Assembly: GCA_964590755.1 (NCBI GenBank)
Contig: CAZPYK010000002.1
Span: forward strand, 11,135-75,134
Direction of reading: 5' to 3'
DNA length: 64,000 bases
From: an uncultured Ruminococcus sp.
Lineage (GTDB): Bacteria > Bacillota > Clostridia > Oscillospirales > CAG-272
Shown in pieces: positions 30,871 to 39,836 of the stretch. The position numbers and the translations under genes were made by a program. Each line of letters begins with the position of its first letter. The first letter of the stretch is position 1. The notes below the pieces were generated by a model. It was not told the origin of the DNA. It did no database searches and saw only the letters and a program-made list of their open reading frames with translations.

Positions 30871-31626
30871 ATGGCGCTTTTAACGGTTGAATTCAAATCG
30901 GAGGTATTGGGGCATGAAACGCCGCTCAATATCATTCTTCCCGAGACCTGCCCCGAGGAGGATATCCCCACGGTATTTCTGCTTCACGGTATGCACGGAG
31001 ACCATTCCTCGTGGTGCCGCAAAACGAGTATAGAAAGATATGCCTATAACCGCGGGCTTGCCGTGGTCATGCCCGATGGTGAGAATGGTTTTTATACCGA
31101 TATGAAATACGGAAAAAAGCATTACACCTACGCCGCCGAGGAGGTGGTGGATTACACTCGCCGCATTCTGCGCCTCAGCCGCCGCCGCGAGCGCACCTTC
31201 GTTTGCGGGCTTTCGATGGGCGGCTACGGAGCCTTCAAGCTGGGACTTTCAAAGCCCGAGACCTTCTCTGCCGCGGCATCTCTGTCGGGCAGTCTTGATA
31301 TTGCGAGCCATTTCGGCGAGGAGGATTGGCGGCATGATGCCGAGATGATCTGGGGCGAAGACTGCGACACGAGCTTCCCGGGCGGCGACAGCGATCTTTT
31401 TGCATTGCTGGAGCGCTTTTCGGCAGACCCCGCGCTTCCGCGCACGCGTCTTTATGCCGCGTGTGGGACCGAGGATTATCTTTTCCCTTCAAACGAAAAA
31501 TTCCGTCTTGCGGCGTTGTCATCCGAGCTCGAATTCAGATACGAGACCGACCGCGGTGCTCATACGTGGGCATTTTGGGATAAATACGTCACTCATGCGC
31601 TGGATTTCTTCCTTGAAAAGCTTTGA
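30871..31626 (+). CDS. Alpha/beta-hydrolase esterase (tributyrin esterase / FrmB-like)
   Basis: LLHGMHG, VVMPDG, GLSMGG nucleophile elbow, CGTED, GAHTW. Confidence 0.88.
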   Translation: MALLTVEFKSEVLGHETPLNIILPETCPEEDIPTVFLLHGMHGDHSSWCRKTSIERYAYNRGLAVVMPDGENGFYTDMKYGKKHYTYAAEEVVDYTRRILRLSRRRERTFVCGLSMGGYGAFKLGLSKPETFSAAASLSGSLDIASHFGEEDWRHDAEMIWGEDCDTSFPGGDSDLFALLERFSADPALPRTRLYAACGTEDYLFPSNEKFRLAALSSELEFRYETDRGAHTWAFWDKYVTHALDFFLEKL

Positions 31627-31768
31627 TCGGCGTTCGTATCATTCCTGCCATTGGGCGGGAGCATGGCGGAAAATGTCGAAAAATAATTGATTTTGATATT
31701 GCATTCGGTCACCCGTTGGTGTATAATTAATTTGTATTTTGTTTCTTCACGGAAGGAAGCGGCAGCTC

Positions 31769-33256
31769 ATGTATAAAACAGGATTTGACAACGATAAGTA
31801 TCTTAAGCTTCAATCATCGCACATACGCGAACGAATAGCCGAGTTCGGCGGCAAGCTGTATCTTGAATTCGGCGGCAAGCTTTATGATGACAACCACGCT
31901 TCGCGCGTGCTTCCGGGCTTTGCGCCGGACAGCAAGCTGCGCATGCTGTTGGAGCTTAAGGAGCAGGCGGAGATAATGATAGTCATCAACGCCGGAGACA
32001 TTGAAAAGAATAAAAAGCGCGGCGACCTCGGCATCACATATGACGAGGATGTTTTGCGGCTTATCGATGTTTTTCGCCATTTCGGATTGTATGTGGGCAG
32101 TGTGGTGCTTACGCGCTATGAGTCACAGCCGGCGGCGCGTGCCTTCCGCGACAAGTTGAATTCGCTCGGGGTTCCGGTATACCGCCATTATTCGATAGAC
32201 GGATACCCCTCTAACGTAGCAAAGATAATCAGCCCCGAGGGCTACGGTAAGAACGATTGGATAGAGACCACGCGTCCGCTGGTGGTGGTTACGGCACCCG
32301 GTCCCGGCAGCGGAAAGATGGCTGTCTGCCTGTCTCAGATATACAACGACAACGTTCGCGGAATAAAATCGGGATACGCAAAGTTCGAGACCTTCCCGGT
32401 CTGGAACCTACCGCTGCGCCATCCGGTGAATATAGCCTATGAGGCGGCGACCACCGACCTTGCGGACGTTAATATGATAGACCCCTTCCATCTTGAGGCG
32501 TATGGCGTGACCACCGTGAATTATAATCGCGATATAGAGATATTCCCGGTCGTTTCCGCCACTCTTGAAATGATACTCGGCAAATGTCCGTACAGATCCC
32601 CCACCGATATGGGAGTTAACATGGCGGGCTTCTGCATAACCGACGACGAGGCGGTGCGCGATGCCGCCAAGCAGGAGATAATCCGCCGCTATTACAACGC
32701 GCTTTGCGAGCAAAAACGCGGCAACATCGGCGCTGATATCGTGTACAAGCATGAGATGCAGTTGAAGCAGGTGGGGTTATCAAGCGCGGATCGTCCCGTC
32801 ATTGCCGCCGCACTTGCCAAAAAGGAGCAGACCGGCGAGCCTGCCGCGGCTATAGAGCTGCCCGACGGAAGGATAATTACCGGAAAAACTTCAAAGCTTT
32901 TGGGCGCGACTTCGGCGATGCTCATGAATGCGCTCAAGGCGTTGGCGGGCATCGACGATGCCATGAATCTTATCGCTCCGGCGATCATAGAGCCGATTCG
33001 CAGCTTGAAACTCGATTATCTGGGCAACCACAACCCGAGACTTCATACCGACGAGGTGCTCATAGCGCTCTCTGTCTGCGCGGTCACATCTCCCGCCGCG
33101 GAGCTTGCGATAAGACAGCTGTCAAAGCTTCGCGGCTGCGAGGCGCACTCCACCGTTATTCTTTCTCAAGTGGATGAAAATCTGCTCAAAAAGCTCGGCG
33201 TGAATGTTACGTACGAGCCGGTATATCAGACAAAAAAGCTGCATCATAAGAATTAA
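31769..33256 (+). CDS. DUF1846 (UPF0371) family protein
   Basis: GFDNDKYL, LYLEFGGKL, TAPGPGSGK P-loop, YAKFETFP, PTDMGVN. Confidence 0.85.
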   Translation: MYKTGFDNDKYLKLQSSHIRERIAEFGGKLYLEFGGKLYDDNHASRVLPGFAPDSKLRMLLELKEQAEIMIVINAGDIEKNKKRGDLGITYDEDVLRLIDVFRHFGLYVGSVVLTRYESQPAARAFRDKLNSLGVPVYRHYSIDGYPSNVAKIISPEGYGKNDWIETTRPLVVVTAPGPGSGKMAVCLSQIYNDNVRGIKSGYAKFETFPVWNLPLRHPVNIAYEAATTDLADVNMIDPFHLEAYGVTTVNYNRDIEIFPVVSATLEMILGKCPYRSPTDMGVNMAGFCITDDEAVRDAAKQEIIRRYYNALCEQKRGNIGADIVYKHEMQLKQVGLSSADRPVIAAALAKKEQTGEPAAAIELPDGRIITGKTSKLLGATSAMLMNALKALAGIDDAMNLIAPAIIEPIRSLKLDYLGNHNPRLHTDEVLIALSVCAVTSPAAELAIRQLSKLRGCEAHSTVILSQVDENLLKKLGVNVTYEPVYQTKKLHHKN

Positions 33257-33328
33257 CGAAACGGTCGCAGCTATCCGAAAAGCACATCCGACGGCACGTA
33301 CCGCGAAGTATATGGTCGGTGAAAAGAT

Positions 33329-33366
33329 CAAACGGGCTGTCTCGCTAACTTGAGACAGCCCGTTTG
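33329..33366. terminator. Hairpin between convergent genes (probable bidirectional terminator; member of the GTCTC/GAGAC palindrome family)
   Basis: CAAACGGGCTGTCTC / GAGACAGCCCGTTTG perfect stem. Confidence 0.65.
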
Positions 33367-33400
33367 TTAAATATATGCTTGATTCCGATGCGTCGGTGCT

Positions 33401-33664
33401 TCAGCTGTGCTGTTCCGCGTACTGCTTGAGTGCGCGCGCCAGCTGGTCGGGACATGAGGTGGGCTTGCTTCCGCAGCGTATGCCCTCAAGGCGCTTTATT
33501 GCCTCGTCAACGCTCATGCCGCGCACCAGAGCGCAAACGCCCTGCGTGTTGCCGGAGCAACCGCCGACAAAGGCGGCATCTGCGACCGTGTTCTTTTCGG
33601 TGTCGATGTCAAGTCTGATCTCGCGTGAGCAGGTTCCTTGCGTTTTGAATGTGATGTGTTCCAT
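33401..33664 (-). CDS. TIGR03905 family TSCPD-domain protein
   Basis: GTCSREI, FVGGCSGN, GIRCGSKPTSCPDQLA. Confidence 0.9.
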   Translation of the reverse strand: MEHITFKTQGTCSREIRLDIDTEKNTVADAAFVGGCSGNTQGVCALVRGMSVDEAIKRLEGIRCGSKPTSCPDQLARALKQYAEQHS

Positions 33665-33706
33665 GCTTTTTATATTCCTTCCTTTAGATAGCAATGTATT
33701 TGCGGC

Positions 33707-35635
33707 TTATATCATGCCGAGCAAGCGATAGCTGTCGGACAGGAAGCTCTCAAGCTCGGAGGCGCTCAGCTTCTTCTGCGCCAGCAATGCCAAACGATAG
33801 ATGTATGACGCATAAATGTCGGTGTTGGCGTCCTCGGCGTTCATAAGCTCATGCAGTCTTGAATAAGCGGCGGACGCGGAATTGAGTGAGAGCGTGCATT
33901 CGACGGGAAAATCCGGCGCATCCTCTCCGGGAGCGGCATAAAGCTTCATCATATCCCCGAAGCGGCGGCTCTCTTCGCTTACCGTCAGTATCGCGGGTAT
34001 TTGATCGTTTTTGAGCGCCTCCGCCTTGACGGTGAGCTTTTCATCTCCCGAAACCTTGCGGAAGAGCTTGGTCAGCGGGGCGTCGTCCTCAAGCTTGCCC
34101 TCGCCGTCGGCGGAGGCAGTCTTCAGTGCGTCGTCGATTCCCGCGTCGACACGAATGAATTTGACATCTCCGCGGTATTGCTCGACCGAAGCCATAAACT
34201 GCGTGTCGATGGCAAGATCGTAGATTGCGGGTTCGATACCCTCGGCGCGGAACATGGATATATATTGTGCTTGAAGCGCCGTGTCGGAGGTATAATAGAT
34301 CTTGCCCTCGTGCTTCTCCTTCGCGGCTTCAAGATATTCCGCGAAGGTCTGCGGCTTGCCCTCGGTAAGGCGTATGAGCAGAGAATCCTTTACTCGGTCG
34401 AAGAATTTGCGGTCGCGCAGGCAGGCGTATTCGATGAATATGCGGATATCCGGATATACCTTTTCATATTTTTCGCGCTCGTTGCCGGCAAGCGAGCAGA
34501 GTTTGTCCGCCACTTTTTTGACGATGTGAGCCGAGACCTTTTTCACATATGCGTTATCCTGAAGATAACTGCGCGAAACGTTCAGCGGCAGTTCGGGGCA
34601 GTCGATGGCTCCTCTGAGCATCAGGAGATATTCGGGAATGACCTCCTTGATGTTGTCTGCCACAAAAACTTGATTGTAATAGAGCTTTACCTGACCCTCA
34701 AGATTTTGATATTCACTGTTGAGCTTGGGGAAGAAGAGTATGCCCTTGAAATTGAGCGGATAGTCGGCGTTGATGTGGATCCAGAAAAGCGGATCGTTTG
34801 CGTCGAGGAAAAGCTTGTGATAGAATTCGTTATACTGCTCGGGCGTGATTTCGGAGGGATTCTTGCACCAAAGCGGAACGATGTCGTTCAGCGGCTTCGG
34901 CTCGGAAGCGTGGCAATGCTCGCACTCATCACCATCCGCATGCTCGTGCTCATGCTCGTGCTCGTGCTCACACTCACAGGTGTCCTCCTCGGTGTCGACA
35001 AAGTAGATCGGCACCGGCATGAAGGAGCAATAACGGTCGAGCACCGTGCGCAGGCGTGAGGCGTCAAGATATTCCTTTTCATCCTCGGAAACATGCATTA
35101 TGACCTCGGTGCCGCGCTTGTCGCGGTCTCCGTCGGTGATCTCGTATTCTCCCGCCTCGTTGCAGACCCAGTGCACCGCGCCCTCTCCGGTATACGAGCG
35201 GGTGTTGACCTCCACCGTGTCGCTGACCATGAACGAGGAATAAAATCCGAGACCGAAGTGACCTATGATGCCGTTTGAGTTGTCACCGTTCTCGTATTTT
35301 GCGACAAAATCGAGTGCTCCCGAAAGCGCGATCGAGCAGATATATTTCTCAAGCTCTTCGCGCGTCATTCCGATGCCGTTGTCTTCAACGGTTATCGTTC
35401 CTGCGGTCTTGTCGAGAGTTACGGTGATGCGCCAATCGGTCTCGTCGATCTTGGCAACCCCGAGCGAATCGAGGCGACGCAGCTTCGTTATCGCGTCGGA
35501 TGCGTTCGACACTATCTCGCGCATGAAAATATCCTTGTCCGAATAGAGCCATTTCTTGATTATCGGAAATATATGCTGTGTTTCGACCGAAATGCCGCCC
35601 TTTACGGATGAGCTGTTCTTAACATCTTCTGACAT
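33707..35635 (-). CDS. htpG: Molecular chaperone HtpG (Hsp90)
   Basis: LYSDKDIFMREIVSNASDA, EDNGIGM, IGHFGLGFYS, LPLNVSRS. Confidence 0.96.
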   Translation of the reverse strand: MSEDVKNSSSVKGGISVETQHIFPIIKKWLYSDKDIFMREIVSNASDAITKLRRLDSLGVAKIDETDWRITVTLDKTAGTITVEDNGIGMTREELEKYICSIALSGALDFVAKYENGDNSNGIIGHFGLGFYSSFMVSDTVEVNTRSYTGEGAVHWVCNEAGEYEITDGDRDKRGTEVIMHVSEDEKEYLDASRLRTVLDRYCSFMPVPIYFVDTEEDTCECEHEHEHEHEHADGDECEHCHASEPKPLNDIVPLWCKNPSEITPEQYNEFYHKLFLDANDPLFWIHINADYPLNFKGILFFPKLNSEYQNLEGQVKLYYNQVFVADNIKEVIPEYLLMLRGAIDCPELPLNVSRSYLQDNAYVKKVSAHIVKKVADKLCSLAGNEREKYEKVYPDIRIFIEYACLRDRKFFDRVKDSLLIRLTEGKPQTFAEYLEAAKEKHEGKIYYTSDTALQAQYISMFRAEGIEPAIYDLAIDTQFMASVEQYRGDVKFIRVDAGIDDALKTASADGEGKLEDDAPLTKLFRKVSGDEKLTVKAEALKNDQIPAILTVSEESRRFGDMMKLYAAPGEDAPDFPVECTLSLNSASAAYSRLHELMNAEDANTDIYASYIYRLALLAQKKLSASELESFLSDSYRLLGMI

Positions 35636-35779
35636 GATATCATCTCCGTTTGTTTTTAAATTATTTGTATGCTATTATAAGGACACACTATTACAGTTAA
35701 TATTGTATCACCGATTTGTGAACTTTGATATATTAATTATTTGCTTTTATGTTTAAAAAATATTTTGGAGGTGCCGAAT

Positions 35780-38146
35780 ATGCGTTTGTGGCACGGAAGA
35801 CCGATGGCTGTTGTCGGAAGCGCGGCGATCTGCGCCGCGCTTTGCGGATATTATCTTGTTGCTTGGGCAAAGCTTTGGATAGCCGCGGCTCTTGCGGCGT
35901 TATTGCTTGCGGCACTCATCCTAAGACTTACAAAGAGTATAAGCGCACGTCGTGCCGTCACATGTGTGCTTGCCGCGGGTGCCGCTCTTGTCGTGCTTTG
36001 GCGCGCTTTTTGCTATTTTGATATTCGTTACTCGGATGTGTCTGCATTGTGCGGCGAGGAGCACGCCTTTGTCGCAGAGGTGACTGCGGTACACAGCACA
36101 TCCGGCTACGGTACGTCATATGAGACCGAGGTGCTTTCGGTCGACGGCAGGGAGGAGCGATTCGGCGCTATGCTTTACTGCGAATATGCCGCCGATCATA
36201 AGGTCGGACATACCGTTTATTTTAAATCGACGCCGACCCTTCCCGAAAAGAGCGCGACCTATGACAGCGAGCTGCGCTATCTTGCCAAGGGGATGTTTTT
36301 GGATCTTACGATAGAATCGGAGAGCGCCTGCACCACACTTGCGGAGCAAGCGTCCGATCCCATCAAGGCGTATATGAGCGAGCTTCGCATGCGCCTTGCG
36401 TTTCTCTTGTCCGATTCGGTCGGCGGGGAGGAGGGTGCGCTTGCTTGTGCCATGCTGCTCGGGTATCGCGACGGCGTGAGCGACGCGACCGAGCGGGATC
36501 TTTCGCGCGCGGGTGTTTCGCATCTTTTGGCGCTCAGCGGCTTGCATCTTTCGATACTTGTCGGATCGGCGGGACTTTTGCTTGATAAGGTGCGCATGCC
36601 AAAGCTTGCAAAGGTCATGCTTCTTTGCGCTTTTATCATCTTTTATCTGCTTCTGACCGGAGCCGCTCGCTCCACCGTCCGCGCGGCGGTCATGACGGTG
36701 CTGGTCTTTGCGGCGTATTGGTTCGGAACGGGCGGAGACGGTGTGAGTTCGGTCTTCTTTGCGGCGACACTTATACTTTCCGTGTCTCCCGCCGCTATCC
36801 TCGACGCCAGATTTTTGCTCTCCTTTTCCGCAACGCTCGGAATAACCGCCTTTGTGCCGGAATACGAGCGTTGGTCGCAGGCGCGGCTCAAAGCTTGGGC
36901 AGAGGAAAAAAGCGAACGTGCGGTGCGCGTTATGCGGGCGGTATTTTCAATTCTCGGTGCTTTGCTGACTTGCCTTGCGGCAAACTGTCTTACGCTCGTT
37001 ATCATTTGGCACGTCTTCGGCAGGTTTCCGCTTGCCGCGCCCATTTCAAATCTTTTGGTCACTCCGCTTGCGGGCTTGCTTTTAACTTTGTCGCTGCTTT
37101 GCTTGATCTTTTCCGCGTTCCTTCCGCCGATCGGCGGCGTGTTCGCGCTCGCCGTCAAGCTTTTGGCACGCTTTGCGCTCGACATCTGTGCCGCGATATC
37201 GGATATCCGTGGGATCGTTATGTCGCTTGAATACGATTTTGTGCCTTATATCATAGTTGCCTTTACCGCGGTGATGCTTCTGCTGCTCGGTGTAAAGCTC
37301 AGGCATAAGCTCGTCTGCGTGCTGCCTCCGGTCGCCGCAGTGGCTGCGTTTGTCGTTTGCTTTTCTTTGAGCGGAGTATTTTATGCGGATGCGCCCAAGA
37401 CCGCGGACGTTATTTCCCGCGACGGTGACGAGGCGATAGTCATAACCTCATGCGGCAGCACCGTTTTGATCGACATAGGCAACGGCTCGTACGGCACACT
37501 GTATGCGGCGCTCGCCAAAGCCGAATCGGACGGCGCAACAGAAGTGGAGGCACTGATGCTTACTCATTATCACAGGCGGCATATAGCGAGTGTGACAAGG
37601 CTTTTGACCTCCGAAAAGGTTCGTCGCGTGTGGATGCCGTACCCCGAGACCTATGACGACGCGGGGATAATGGCGAGGATATTCGAGATCGCCGCAAGAG
37701 AGGGCGCGGAGTGCGCGATCTATCGCTCGGGTGAGGCTATGCTCTGCTTCGGAGATGTCAGAATATCCTCAGACGGTATCGTGCGGCTCTCCCGTTCGAC
37801 TCATCCGGTGATAAGACTCACCGTTGACAGCGGAGCGGGCAGGCTGGATTATATCGGAGCTTCGGCGTGGGAGGCAAAGACCGTCTCCGCGGTGTCTGAG
37901 GCGGATACGGTGATCTTCGGTGCGCACGGACCGAAAATAAAAAGCGCGTCGACCCTGCTTCCCGGCGAGAATGTGCGTGAGATCCTGCTTGTGGGAGACG
38001 CCTCCGCGCGAGCTTTTGTTGTCGGAATGGGCGAGGATCGGCTCGCGAGCATCGCGAATGTCGATACGGTTTTGTTTCCGGATGACCGCGAAGACAAAAA
38101 CAGCGTAATGCTTTTTAAACAAAGCATTGCACGGAATATGCGATAA
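35780..38146 (+). CDS. comEC: ComEC/Rec2 competence protein
   Basis: AGVSHLLALSGLH, STVRAAVM, FLLSFSATLGI; C-terminal MBL-like domain (LIDIG, LTHYHRRH); GGAGG RBS. Confidence 0.88.
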   Translation: MRLWHGRPMAVVGSAAICAALCGYYLVAWAKLWIAAALAALLLAALILRLTKSISARRAVTCVLAAGAALVVLWRAFCYFDIRYSDVSALCGEEHAFVAEVTAVHSTSGYGTSYETEVLSVDGREERFGAMLYCEYAADHKVGHTVYFKSTPTLPEKSATYDSELRYLAKGMFLDLTIESESACTTLAEQASDPIKAYMSELRMRLAFLLSDSVGGEEGALACAMLLGYRDGVSDATERDLSRAGVSHLLALSGLHLSILVGSAGLLLDKVRMPKLAKVMLLCAFIIFYLLLTGAARSTVRAAVMTVLVFAAYWFGTGGDGVSSVFFAATLILSVSPAAILDARFLLSFSATLGITAFVPEYERWSQARLKAWAEEKSERAVRVMRAVFSILGALLTCLAANCLTLVIIWHVFGRFPLAAPISNLLVTPLAGLLLTLSLLCLIFSAFLPPIGGVFALAVKLLARFALDICAAISDIRGIVMSLEYDFVPYIIVAFTAVMLLLLGVKLRHKLVCVLPPVAAVAAFVVCFSLSGVFYADAPKTADVISRDGDEAIVITSCGSTVLIDIGNGSYGTLYAALAKAESDGATEVEALMLTHYHRRHIASVTRLLTSEKVRRVWMPYPETYDDAGIMARIFEIAAREGAECAIYRSGEAMLCFGDVRISSDGIVRLSRSTHPVIRLTVDSGAGRLDYIGASAWEAKTVSAVSEADTVIFGAHGPKIKSASTLLPGENVREILLVGDASARAFVVGMGEDRLASIANVDTVLFPDDREDKNSVMLFKQSIARNMR

Positions 38147-38179
38147 AAACAAAAAACTGCCGAAAATCGCACGAATGTG

Positions 38180-38208
38180 TTGACACGGTGAATTTTATCT
38201 GATATAAT
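38180..38208 (+). promoter_or_regulatory. Consensus sigma-A promoter of the nucleoside ABC operon
   Basis: TTGACA-17 bp-TATAAT. Confidence 0.8.
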
Positions 38209-38251
38209 AAACACGTCGTGAGGCACCGCCCACGATACATATTCATAAACA

Positions 38252-38330
38252 GTTTTGCTTATATATCCTCTGTAATAAGGTCAGAAAGTCTCTACCGGAT
38301 AACCGTAAATCGTCCGACTATAAGAAAAAC
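38252..38330 (+). ncRNA. Purine riboswitch, guanine type
   Basis: P1 CTTATA/TATAAG, loop AATAAGG, J2/3 GTCTCTAC, loop CCGTAAA, TCCGAC with discriminator C; upstream of a BMP nucleoside ABC operon. Confidence 0.9.
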
Positions 38331-38411
38331 ACGAATTGTTTGTTGCTGTCGTCACTTTCGGCAGTGGTGTTCGTGGAGTAGGTGGTGCTTCTTGATCTTT
38401 GGCGGATATAT

Positions 38412-38438
38412 GAGCGGCGTTGCCGCTCTTTTTGTTTT
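38412..38438 (+). terminator. Riboswitch-associated terminator
   Basis: GAGCGGC-GTT-GCCGCTC followed by TTTTTGTTTT in the leader. Confidence 0.7.
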
Positions 38439-38509
38439 GCGGCAATTGTTCGGTCTTCCGACGCGAGACGGTCGCGTTGCAAATATTATATTTTTTGGAG
38501 GAATCAAAA

Positions 38510-39715
38510 ATGATTCGCAAATCTTTATCGCTCATTATCGCAGCTCTTATGCTTGTCGGTGTCTGTGCCGCTCTTGTCTCCTGCGGCGACACGAATACCG
38601 ATCTTAAGGTAGGCTTCATCTTCCTGCATGATGAAAACTCCACCTACGACCTCAACTTCATCAACGCCGCCGACGAAGCCTGCCAGGCTCTCGGCCTCAA
38701 GAAGGCTCAGTACATCTACAAGACCAACGTTCCCGAGGGTCAGGAGTGCTATGACGCTGCCGTCGACCTTGTCGAGCAGGGCTGCTCCATCATTTTTGCC
38801 GACAGCTTCGGACATGAGGATTATATAATCGAGGCGGCAAAGAAGTATCCCGAGGTGCAGTTCTGCCACGCGACCGGAACACGCGCTCATACCGAGGGTC
38901 TTTCCAACTATCACAACGCCTTTGCTTCCATCTACGAGGGTCGTTACCTCGCCGGCATCGCCGCGGGTATGAAGCTTAACGAGATGATCGCCAACGGTGA
39001 GTTCACCGCCGACGAGGCTAAGATCGGCTATGTCGGTGCCTTCACCTACGCAGAGGTTATCTCGGGCTACACCTCATTCTTCCTCGGTGCTCGCTCTGTC
39101 TGCCCCACCGCCACTATGGAAGTGACCTTCACCGGTTCTTGGTACAACGAGGCTGCCGAAAAGGAAGCCGCCAATAAGCTCATTGCCAGAAACTGCAAGC
39201 TTATAAGCCAGCACGCCGACTCGATGGGCGCTCCCACCGCTTGCGAATCAAACGGCATTCCCAACGTTTCCTACAACGGTTCCACCGTTTCCGCTTGCCC
39301 CACCACCTTCATCGTTTCCTCCAGAATCAACTGGGCTCCTTACTTCAAGTACGCCATTGAGTGCGTTATTGACGGCAAGACTATCGACACCGACTGGACG
39401 GGCACACTTTCCACCGAGTCTGTTCTTCTCACAGAGGTAAACACCAAGGCTGCGGCTGCCGGAACACAGGAAGCCATCGATGCCGCAAAGGCAAAGCTGA
39501 TCGACGGTACTCTTAAGGTGTTCGACACCTCCACATTCACCGTCGGCGGTCAGAAGCTTGACAGCTACCTGGCCGATGTCGACTTCGACACCAACTATGA
39601 AAAGGACACCGAGGTCATCAGCGGCGGTGCATTTGAGGAATCCAAGCATCGTTCCGCTCCTTACTTCGATCTTGAGATCGACGGCATCACTCTGCTTGAC
39701 AGAAATTACGGCTGA
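38510..39715 (+). CDS. BMP family nucleoside ABC substrate-binding lipoprotein
   Basis: Lipobox LVSC, KVGFIF, IFADSFG, YEGRYLAGIAAG, KIGYVGA, TGSWY, ISQHAD. Confidence 0.9.
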   Translation: MIRKSLSLIIAALMLVGVCAALVSCGDTNTDLKVGFIFLHDENSTYDLNFINAADEACQALGLKKAQYIYKTNVPEGQECYDAAVDLVEQGCSIIFADSFGHEDYIIEAAKKYPEVQFCHATGTRAHTEGLSNYHNAFASIYEGRYLAGIAAGMKLNEMIANGEFTADEAKIGYVGAFTYAEVISGYTSFFLGARSVCPTATMEVTFTGSWYNEAAEKEAANKLIARNCKLISQHADSMGAPTACESNGIPNVSYNGSTVSACPTTFIVSSRINWAPYFKYAIECVIDGKTIDTDWTGTLSTESVLLTEVNTKAAAAGTQEAIDAAKAKLIDGTLKVFDTSTFTVGGQKLDSYLADVDFDTNYEKDTEVISGGAFEESKHRSAPYFDLEIDGITLLDRNYG

Positions 39716-39836
39716 TAATTTGTTATAAAATATCGGGACTGTCGTAGGCTTGACGGCGCATGGTCGACAAGCTGCGACAGTCCTTGAATTGATTTTTCGG
39801 AATAAACAGATCTTTTAAATATTTTCGGAGGAGCTC

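Noticed and set aside
28711-30971. Minus-strand ORFs of 474 and 347 aa opposite the radical SAM pair
   Set aside because: Antisense shadows of strongly supported genes.
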